Source of the DNA: Bdellovibrionales bacterium
Lineage (GTDB): Bacteria > Bdellovibrionota > Bdellovibrionia > Bdellovibrionales > UBA1609
NCBI GenBank assembly: GCA_965261545.1
Contig: CBDHDF010000010.1
Span: 960,001 to 1,024,000 of the forward strand
Reading direction: 5' to 3'
DNA: 64,000 nucleotides
This document shows, in pieces, positions 55,234-64,000 of this stretch. The position numbers and the translations under genes were made by a program. Numbering within the stretch: the stretch's first letter is position 1; every line of letters begins with the position of its first letter. The notes under the pieces were generated by a model. It was not told where the DNA came from and did not search any database. It saw only the letters and a program-made list of their open reading frames with translations.

Positions 55234-57035
55234 ATCGAACAGGTTTTGCACGAGGTTCTCGCCATACTCCTTCCATGTTAAATGGTCCACTCCCGCACTG
55301 GCTCCCCTATTCAAATAGAGGTAAGCCAAGTGGAGGGCTTCCACAGATACATGGTGAAGCAAGCAAGTGAGCTTACCATCCTTTCTCTTTGCTGCTATAC
55401 GGACTCGCTCCGTCGCCTGTGACACCTTTTCCCAACTCTGTGTTCGGCAGATGCTTTGACGGATTGAGTTCCCTTCAGTTCCACCCCTTCGCTCCAAGGA
55501 CTCCGCTGGGCTTGTAGGCCCTTTGTTCGTCCTCTTCATCGCTACTATGAGTGGATCCGATTTCTTTATTTCGTTCATGGGTTACGGTTACCTCCTTTCC
55601 CATGTCGCCCGTCGCACATGACGGGGTTAAATAAAGACCTCCCGAGGTCCCGGGATAAGATTCATGTATGTGCCAGTTTCTACGACGCCGTGGAGTCACC
55701 CACCAACTCACCATAGCGCTGGTGGGTATGTTGCGTTCGGCTACCATGACAGCCTCCGCACTCCAGAGTTCGGCATTTTCGACGCTCAATTATTTGGCCC
55801 ACACACACCCCTACCGATACATCGCTTCGGCCTCACGGCCGACAGCGCACGGCTTGGGGAGAGAAGTGGTCGGTTGACCTTCCTCTCGGGGGACTCTAAC
55901 CCCCTATCTTATCTCAGTTCGCCCGGCGAACCATGGCATTGCCCGCACTGATTGGCATGACTGATTCCCCTTAGCATAGCGTCATTGATGTTCTATAAAG
56001 ACCTCCAATCTTTAACCAAGGAGGTCGAAATGAGAACAAAGATGGATCATGAGCGTTACACAAAAATAAAATCATTAATAAAGGCAAATATTCCCGACCG
56101 AGAAATCAGTCGCCGCATGAAATGCTGCACCAAGACTCTTAGAAAGATAAGACGTGGTCTTTTAACAGACCCCAAGGATTGGAAGACCCAAAGAGAAATT
56201 CCCCCTTGGTCTTACGGTATAGATTGGAAGATTATTGAGAAGGAGATTGAGGATAGGCATTGTTTAAGTGACGTTTGGGAGGAAAAATTTCTGAAGGTCA
56301 TTAGCTACCCCCAGTTTACGAGGGAGTTTCATAAGCAATTTCCAAAAGCTGGCAAAAGGATTATTACCTTGCGTGATTTTCAGCCAGGCCACCAAGTTGA
56401 GGTTGATTACGCAGGATTTCAGCCAGAGTGGATCGATGAAGACCTTAATATTCATAAGGCCCATATATTTTGCTCAAATCTATGTTTCTCTCAGCGTATT
56501 TTTGCTTATGGCTCTTTGAGCGAATCTAGTGAAGATTTTCTTCACGCTCACGTTCTGATGTTTGAATATTACGGTGGGGTTCCGAGAGTGGTTGTTCCTG
56601 ATAATTTAAAGACTGGAGTGAACACACCCCATTTGTATGATCCAGAGTTGAATAAATCCTACCAAGAGCTTTTGGAACACTATGACACGGTGGCTGTTCC
56701 CGCTCGAGTTCGTCGTCCCCAGGATAAAAGCCTTACTGAGAATGCCGTGAAGCTCGTTACAAGGGCCCTCAGGTTTATGTACAGACGAGAGACCTTCACC
56801 AGTCTGGATCAAATTAATAAGGCTTTAAGGGAGGTGTGCGAGAAGATAAATGCTCGCCCTCACACAAGATTTAAGGTCTCTCGCAATGAAAAATTTCAAC
56901 GAGAGGTAAAAACTTTAAAACCCTTGCCTTCTTTTCCCTACCGGTGGGGACGTTGGGAGAAGAAAAAACTCCACCAAGACTGTCATGTGAGCGTTGAATC
57001 CAACTTCTACTCGGCTCCGTTTCAGCACCGAGGGG

Positions 57036-57087
57036 TGTTAGGCGCCAATTAAAATTGGCCATTTTTAGAAGCCGTCGCCAATGAAAA
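57036..57087 (+). mobile_element. About 50-bp terminal fragment of a second IS21-like element
   Basis: TGT start and repeated CGCCAAT(T/G)AAAA boxes. Confidence 0.55.
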
Positions 57088-58129
57088 ACGGCGTACATTA
57101 AACTTTTTTCTCATTTTATCAACAATATCTGAAAGCGTCTTGCCTTCAAAAGTATTACCAGGGAAAACCTCAAAACCTAAAGGGATGCCATCCCGATTCA
57201 CCAACAAACCAAAGACAACTTGGGTGCAGTCTGATCGTCTCTCTTTACTATAGCCAAATTGACGAAGTTTCCCTAAGTCTGTTCTTGTACTCTCGAAGCG
57301 TAAGGTTGTTAAATCATACAACACAATGTCTACTTGGAAATTAAATAAATCTCGCCCCACCCAATAAAGCGAGTTCTCTATTTCATCCTTATGGGAGGCA
57401 AGTAAGTCCATAGACCGATAAATATGCTGGAGACTCAAATCACCCTTAATCATGTCTGGGTAAAAAGATTTTTGCCAATACTCAAAAACCTTTAACTTGG
57501 AACTAGGAGCAATAAATCGGCTGGCAACTAAGGTAAAAATCACCTTACATAAATCAAATTGAACTTTCTCATGAGAATCTTTTATGTCTTTGAGGGTCTT
57601 ATTGATACCCAGTTGATCAAACAACTTTTGTAAAATCAGCAAGGGACCCAAAATGAAAGTCTCTTCGATGTAAAGCTCCTTAGCCAATTGACTCACAGTG
57701 AGAAGCTCTCGGTGGCGGGATACGGCCTGCGCCAAACTATTAATCTTATCCTCTCCTCCTTCCAGCGCGTCATGCGAGCCTTGCGCACTGATAAAACTGC
57801 GCCAAACTATTAATCTTATCCTCTCCTCCTTCTCCAGCCTTACCTAAGGACATGAGCATGCGTTTTTTGGATTTGCCTTTTTCTCTGTAGGACTCCACAA
57901 GGTGGTAGTAGCACTGACCTTTTGAGTTTTTAGTCGTTTGGATGTACATGAGGATATTTTCTACATATTTCTATGATATATCAATATTTAAAACGATAAA
58001 ATCCTATTTTGTTTTCTACACTTTTTTTACGTCAATTTTAATTTTTCCAGCAGCTACCATTATATTTCAGTACAACCCCAATTTCTGGAAATTTCGCATT
58101 TTAACGCAGATGCTGCTGTCAAACTCGGG
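57086..58129 (-). mobile_element. IS1634-B copy 2, truncated (equivalent to 2303-3276)
   Basis: Near-identical to copy 1, ends in the same IR; carries 70 extra bp at about 57727-57832. Confidence 0.9.
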
Positions 58130-58601
58130 ATTTACTTTCAAAAACAGCTCCTCGCTCGCCACAAGAGGACCAAAGGTAAACTCGGAGAGTACATCACCAA
58201 AAACGAACACCTCCCGGAGCCCAGTCGCGCCTACAAGGAGGCCACTCCCCAGAACATTCTTATTCAAGCAAGTATGATTTGTAAAGAGCTTGAAAACTTC
58301 ATTGAGGAGCTTTTTCAGGGTGGGACCATTGAAAATCTCAGAAGAGCTATGGGCTTTGTAAGCTCCTGTCACAAAGAAATCCAGAAAGAGGGCAAGGAAA
58401 AGTCCCTTCCTCTCATTATCAAAGCCCTTGAGGACTGCAAGCAGTGGGAGAAAAGGAGGGTTAGATATTTTCAGCAACAACTCCATTTCTATAAAGGGCA
58501 AAAAATAAAAAAGGTGAACGAGAAAATAGATCGTAAACAAGGCAACCCTTATTTGCGACATAACGAAAATCCAAATAACCAAAGCCCCAAGGAGGTGCCA
58601 G

Positions 58602-59354
58602 ATGGATGAAGTACAAATCAAAAACCACATGCATGAGTTGAAGCTCTATGGAATGTTAGACAGCCTTGAAGTGGCGCTGGATAACACAAGCCACAAGACT
58701 CAAGCATTGGATCTATTGAACGAGCTGTTATTTGCAGAAGTGGAGGCTCGGAAAATCCAATTCAGCCAAAGACTTCTCAAGACCTCAAAGCTGCCTCACA
58801 AGGTCAGAGGTGAGGCATTTGACCACCATGCCAAAAGGTCTATTAGTAAAAGAGAGGTGGATAGGCTTCAAACTTTATCATGGGTTAAGGAGCAAAGGTC
58901 TATCATTGTCGAAGGGCCAACGGGGGTGGGTAAAACCTTCTTGGCCCAGAGCCTGGGACACCAGTGTTGTCAATCCAGAATCTCCACACTGTTTATAGAC
59001 ATCAACATATTTCTAGAAACCTTGGCCCTGGAAAGGCACTCAGGAAGGTATTTGAACTACTTGCGTCGTCTGGGCCGCCCCCAAGTGTTAATTTTTGATG
59101 ACTTTGGATTAAGGAAGTTCTCCCAAAGTGAATCCACAGACTTCTGCGATATTTTAAAGTTTCGTTCCGATAGGTCCACCGTTATTACCACTCAACTGCC
59201 AATAACGCATTGGTCAGAAATTATTGATGATGAGGTGCTGGCAGATACTATCATCGACCGTTTGAAGCATACCGCCATAAAAATTTTACTTAAAGGAGAG
59301 AGTTATCGAAAAATCCAGGGAACAAAACTTGACCAGGACTTTTCCCTAAAATAG
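58602..59354 (+). CDS. istB: IS21 helper ATPase IstB
   Basis: GPTGVGKT, LIFDDFG, IDRLKH, GESYR. Confidence 0.95.
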   Translation: MDEVQIKNHMHELKLYGMLDSLEVALDNTSHKTQALDLLNELLFAEVEARKIQFSQRLLKTSKLPHKVRGEAFDHHAKRSISKREVDRLQTLSWVKEQRSIIVEGPTGVGKTFLAQSLGHQCCQSRISTLFIDINIFLETLALERHSGRYLNYLRRLGRPQVLIFDDFGLRKFSQSESTDFCDILKFRSDRSTVITTQLPITHWSEIIDDEVLADTIIDRLKHTAIKILLKGESYRKIQGTKLDQDFSLK

Positions 59355-60659
59355 GAAGAAATAGGATTACAAATTAACTAAAATTTTCCCCAGAAATGGG
59401 AAGGAAAATCATCAATGACGCATTGAAATAGGGAAAGTGAGGGTAATGGGTGCAACCAGTGCGGGCAATACGCGCAATTGTACACTTATGACTGAATAAA
59501 CAACTCCCATCATTTTGTGACCAACGGCAATCACTGATCTCTTGTGCCCACGCCTTATAACAAGTGATTGGTATTTGCCTTTGAATTGTGAATTCGTCTT
59601 AATAGCACTATTGGCCATCTCACATACCAACGATTTCACATATGTGTTCGCTTTCCTCGTTCGTGAAGACTTTTTTTTTCCTGCGCTCTCATTATTGGAT
59701 GGGCAAATCCCCATCCAGGAGCAAAAATTTCCTTTATTTTTAAAAGACTTCACATTGCCTCCTATTTCTGCAATCAAAAGCGCTGCACTTAATTCGTCAA
59801 TTCCAGGTATAGTCTGGAGTAGATGCCACTGCCTTTCATAGGGTTTCATACGAATGAAAAGTTCTTCTTCAATTTGAGAGCATTCTTTTTTCAAAAAATC
59901 TATTCGATCAAGAATGCGTTGAAGAACAAAACGATTTTCTTCCGTCATCTTTCCCGACAGGGCGTAAGAAAATTCTTCGGTCTTTTGACGTAAAGACCCT
60001 CTGGCAAGAGACATCAATTTAGAAACTGATCTCTCTCCATTAGCTATGGCACGAATCATGGCCATACCAGATACGCAGTCAGCTTTAGACATTGCATAGG
60101 TTAAACGAATGCCTGAATATTCAAGAACCTTATACATACGATTTTGTTCCGAAGATATTTGGCGGATCGTTTTTGTACGATAACGAGCCAAAAGTCTAAT
60201 AGAACGAATCTCACGTGGAGGAATGAAGCTAGCTCTTAGAAGACCACAAGCACCAAGCTCTGCAATCCACTGGCTATCCAACACGTCAGTTTTTTTACCA
60301 GTAATATTTTTGACATGAAAGGCATTGATAACATCTACTTCATAACCTTTTTCTGTCAAATCATCGTATAAAGAATTCCAATAAATCCCTGTGCTCTCAA
60401 AAAGAACTCTCTCAACCTTATGTGGCTTCATCCAAGAGCGCATTCTAGGAAAATTTTTTGGAAAATTCTTGAACTCTTTTGTGAAAAACTTCTTCTTACC
60501 GTCTTCCACTTTGACAATCGTACACATCAACATATGTTGATGAACATCTATTCCACAAACAGAACTATAAATAATATCCACATGACTCCTCCTTTCTGTT
60601 AGAAAAAAAGAAGGTGATAAAACTAGAGCCTTGGGATTTTGCCATAAATTCTAAAGCGA

Positions 60660-60785
60660 AAATAGGTCAACTTACTATACGTCCATACACTCAGAGTGCA
60701 GGTACATGCGTGGGTTCGATCCAAAGCTCAAGACCATGTTACTTCACGGAATTAAAATTACCAATCTATTCAACGGCCACTCATC
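60660..60785 (+). ncRNA. Putative IS110 bridge RNA (target and donor loops); strand inferred
   Basis: Lies in the non-coding end; ATGTTACT (60736-60743) equals the predicted circle junction AATGTTAC|TATGAATC, and downstream ATTCA complements the other arm. Confidence 0.4.
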
Positions 60786-61309
60786 TTATCACCTTCCAAT
60801 AATGTTATTGCTTTATCCTTTATTGTATCGGAATCATACATGACAAAAATACCATCAAAAGTCCAGAGTAACTAAAAGAGGCCAATTATATAGACCAGCG
60901 AAGCTGTCCACCGAGTTGCTTCGTGCAAAGAAGTGGGGGCCTAGAAAGATTCATGGGCGTGGGTGGGGAAGCAAGGCGCCCCCATGAATGTTACTATACG
61001 TCCATACACTCAGAGTGCAGGTACATGCGTGGGTTCGATCCAAAGCTCAAGACCATGTTACTTCACGGAATTAAAATTACCAATCTATTCAACGGCCACT
61101 CATCTTATCACCTTCCAATAATGTTATTGCTTTATCCTTTATTGTATCGGAATCATACATGACAAAAATACCATCAAAAGTCCAGAGTAACTAAAAGAGG
61201 CCAATTATATAGACCAGCGAAGCTGTCCACCGAGTTGCTTCGTGCAAAGAAGTGGGGGCCTAGAAAGATTCATGGGCGTGGGTGGGGAAGCAAGGCGCCC
61301 CCATGAATG
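60672..61309. repeat. 319-bp tandem duplication (non-coding ends of inner and outer IS110)
   Basis: 60672-60990 matches 60991-61309. Confidence 0.93.
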
Positions 61310-61321
61310 TTACCTTTAGAG

Positions 61322-61678
61322 CTAGGTCGCAAAGTTGTAATCACATCTACAAAGGTCGTTGGAGATGTCGTCGAAATAACTTTGGAAGCCTCTGCGGCCG
61401 GCCTTGAGTTTGTTGCAGAACTTGCCAGTGAAGTTATTACATTTACCATTCAAGTCTCTCGCGCCGCTTTAGAAGCTTCTTTAACTGCGGCAGGACACAC
61501 CTTAGATTTTATTGTGGCGAGTAGTGAAGTGGCACTTAAAGGTGTGGCCATTGTTGCTGGATCCACAGCTCAAGTGATTGGGCATACACTTGTCCTAGCT
61601 ACTTCACCTGCCGTCGCTGTGGGAATCGTACTCAACGATGTTGGATGCCAAATCTATGGAGCAAATCACTGCGAATAA
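61322..61678 (+). pseudogene. 3' half of the split Ala-rich host gene
   Basis: In-frame continuation after TSD CTTTAGAG. Confidence 0.85.
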
Positions 61679-61757
61679 CAGGTAGGTACATACTATTAAA
61701 TTTTGTATACCAATTAGGTTGGAGAGCTGTCTTTGCAGTTCTCCATTTCTCTTCGCA

Positions 61758-61805
61758 CAACGAAGCAACGAAGCAACGAAGCAACGAAGCAACGAAGCAA
61801 CGAAG
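61758..61805. repeat. (CAACGAAG)x6 tandem repeat
   Basis: Six perfect 8-bp units, intergenic. Confidence 0.95.
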
Positions 61806-61835
61806 GCATTAAATTGCTACCATAAGGAGAATGAC

Positions 61836-62538
61836 ATGACTTTTATGAAAAATATGAAAGAAAAGATAGCATTACTCACCTTACTTACATGCAGCTTATG
61901 GCTTATCTTACTTGCGCCCACATCCTCTCTTGCTGTCGTCAGTGGTGGTGGCTGTGGAAGCGAAGAGCCCCAAGCTCCCAAGTATGATCTTAAGAAACAC
62001 AAAGAGAATACCGCCACCATGGGCTTTCTACTGTACCAATACCTAAATGAAAATGTAGACCAAGTTGCCATTGTGGCACGGGCAGGAGGAGATGTCTCTA
62101 AAGAAAATTTTCGTTATCCCTCTCAACTAAAGTATACCCATGCAGGTATTGCTTGGAAAAACTCCAAGGGCCATTGGTATTTCAAACATGTTCTCAATAC
62201 TTGTGCAGGACCAACCTCTGACATATACGATCAAAGCCTTGCTCAATTTTTTAATGATAGCCCATACTTCTATGATTTCATAGTTGGGTCCCCCTCCAAG
62301 GAATTACAAGACAAAATGATCCAAGTATTAGAGGATGAGAAGCTTGTCCAAAAAATTCACAACCCCGACTACAGCAATATAGCAAATCCATTCAATAGAG
62401 TGTATCAGAATTCCAATGGATGGGTATTAAATGCCCTAGCCGCAGCCCAAAGCGGGAAATCGACACTCCGTGGTCTCATGAATTATTATAAAAGACAAGG
62501 CTTTCGACCTAGTCAAGTTGAGGTTGGATTTTTTAAAA
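61836..62538 (+). pseudogene. DUF2145-like exported protein interrupted by intron copy 3 (antisense)
   Basis: AAGGAG RBS; VARAGGD, YTHAG, HVLNTC, YS.IANPF..YQNSNGWVL. Confidence 0.7.
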
Positions 62539-64000
62539 GGTTACGGTAGGAATGCGTGTTGCCACGCACCCCCCGCACAGATCCGGACGTGCTCGTTAAA
62601 GCATCCGGCTCCTACTTCAGGTGGTACCGCATAGCGAACCTATCTGTTGGCCACGGGTGGCGTATGGATATACGAGGCCAGAATAGACGAATCATTCTAT
62701 CCAACCTCTTCCACGAGAATCTCCGTCCACGCTGTGAGCGTCGTCGGATGGCTTTCATCCAAGCACTCCTGATTGCGCAAATAAATTTTCGTAGGTACAC
62801 CGTACTTCCTGGAACCGCAAAATAATTGAGCCAGCCTTTGATGACCAAACCCAACCACTTTGCACATTCCGCTAGGTCCCTCGTGTAGACTCGTTTTCTC
62901 AGACTCAGCTTCAGGTGCTGTAAGGTCCGGCAGACTCTCTTGGATATGGGTTTACGCCCTATCCTAAAGCCTCCTTTCCTCGTGCGCACACAAAAGTGAG
63001 TGAATCCTAAGAAATCAAAAGTCTCGGAGTGACCAAGACCTCGTCGGCGGCAATTTGCATTTGCAAATCGACCGAACTCTATGAGGCGAGTTTTCCCCGG
63101 ATGTATTTCTAGAGAAAACTCCTTAAGCCTGCGCTTCAGATCATTGAGGAAGCGTTCAGCTTCCCCCTTGTATTGAAAGCCTACGACAAAGTCATCGGCG
63201 TAGCGAACAAATATCATGTCCCCTGTGGCATGGTCCTTGCGCCATTTCTGCATCCATAAATCCAACACATAATGTAAATATATGTTGGCGAAGATAGGGG
63301 AAATATTTGAACCTTGAACGGTCCCTCTCCCTGTGTCTTCTAAGACGCCTTGAGATAGCACTCCGCACTTGAGCCACTTTTCAAAGAGACGAATGAGTCT
63401 CTCATCTCCGATGAGGTGTTTTAGAAAGCGAATTAGAGTCTTTCTATCCACGCTATCGAAGTAGGATTTTATATCCGCATCCAATATGTAGCTGATCTTT
63501 CTACGCTCTATTCCGTAAGCCAGAGCATCCAACGCATTATGCGCTCCACGCCCTGGACGGAATCCGTAGCTATAACCGAGGAAATGTTCCTCGTAGATGG
63601 GAGAGAGGATGCTGTCTACAACGGCCTTCTGGACAATCTTGTCCTCCAAGGCCAGGACACCCAAGGGTCTTGTGCCCCCGTCTGACTTGGGTATTTCTAC
63701 CCGCAAGACAGGTTGCCCTTTGTAAGCACCCGTGTGGACCCGACGATGTAAATCGAACAGGTTTTGCACGAGGTTCTCGCCATACTCCTTCCATGTTAAA
63801 TGGTCCACTCCCGCACTGGCTCCCCTATTCAAATAGAGGTAAGCCAAGTGGAGGGCTTCCACAGATACATGGTGAAGCAAGCAAGTGAGCTTACCATCCT
63901 TTCTCTTTGCTGCTATACGGACTCGCTCCGTCGCCTGTGACACCTTTTCCCAACTCTGTGTTCGGCAGATGCTTTGACGGATTGAGTTCCCTTCAGTTCC
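62539..64000 (-). mobile_element. Group II intron, copy 3 (runs off right edge; RT stop at 62612)
   Basis: Near-identical to copy 1. Confidence 0.92.

Larger units (their letters stand above)
52081..55931 (-). mobile_element. Group II intron, copy 2, RT interrupted by LSR element 2
   Basis: Near-identical to copy 1 plus a 1940-bp insert; RT halves 55578-55214 and 53275-52154. Confidence 0.9.
56030..58609 (+). pseudogene. istA: IS21 transposase IstA (56030-57035 plus 58130-58609), interrupted, with a further frameshift near 58220
   Basis: EVDYAG, GGVPRVVVPDNLKTGV, PARVRRPQDK..E, YSAP. Confidence 0.9.
50139..59484 (+). mobile_element. IS21-family element
   Basis: TG...CA ends (TGTAAAATT / AATTGTACA), repeated ATTGCCCGCAC boxes at both ends, 8-bp TSD CTTATGAC (50131-50138, 59485-59492), istA and istB. 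Confidence 0.9.
49937..60994 (-). mobile_element. IS110-family element, inner copy (1704 bp without IS21)
   Basis: Same sequence as the outer copy; CDS 60581-50025 split by IS21 at CTTATGAC. Confidence 0.87.
43945..61313 (-). mobile_element. IS110-family element, outer copy (about 1.7 kb once nested inserts are removed)
   Basis: Recombinase part 43945-49936 and non-coding end 60995-61313; no terminal IRs; TTAC at every junction. Confidence 0.85.

Noticed and set aside
57727..57832. Mini CRISPR (36-bp repeat with 34-bp spacer)
   Set aside because: The repeat is ordinary transposase coding sequence, there are only two units, and no cas genes or leader are present in the window
59412..59484. 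C-terminus of the 389-aa IS110 ORF (similar tails at 48291, 49273, 52154-53335 N-terminus, 55114, 57049)
   Set aside because: Read-through across insertion junctions, not native protein
60672..61309. 319-bp tandem as a CRISPR-like or independently amplifying cassette array
   Set aside because: No spacers; a single IS110 self-insertion explains both this tandem and the duplicated recombinase
61719..61835. N-terminal ATKQRSNE repeats of the 276-aa ORF
   Set aside because: Translation of the intergenic 8-bp repeat; the RBS supports a start at 61836

Overview
Bacterial chromosomal window, most likely Bdellovibrionota (inferred from RpoB/ribosomal proteins and an Agl/Glt-type gliding cluster). 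4-37 kb is core genome: tRNA-Thr/Tyr/Gly/Thr-tuf-tRNA-Trp-secE-nusG-rplKAJL-rpoBC-rpsLG on the minus strand, then a CDF transporter, an S8 protease, pfkA-kdsD-pyrG, and beta-barrel/TPR/FHA-AgmX gliding genes. The left edge and everything from 37.7 kb are mobile DNA. At the left edge, one IS1634 is nested in another with a 409-bp direct repeat. A 21-kb nested stack (IS66, IS4 with a passenger gene, two nested IS110 copies, an ISDol1-like IS, IS21, two group II introns, a truncated IS1634 and two large-serine-recombinase (LSR) elements) sits inside one small host gene between 8-bp target duplications. Most boundaries could be resolved to the base by eye. Most interesting: both LSR mini-elements have reading frames that cross their own recombination junction. 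In one, a 124-aa gene gains its RBS and ATG only on circularisation. In the other, the recombinase would gain a 106-aa tail in the circle. An IS110 also appears to have inserted into its own putative bridge-RNA region. Family names come from recalled motifs; no database searches were run.
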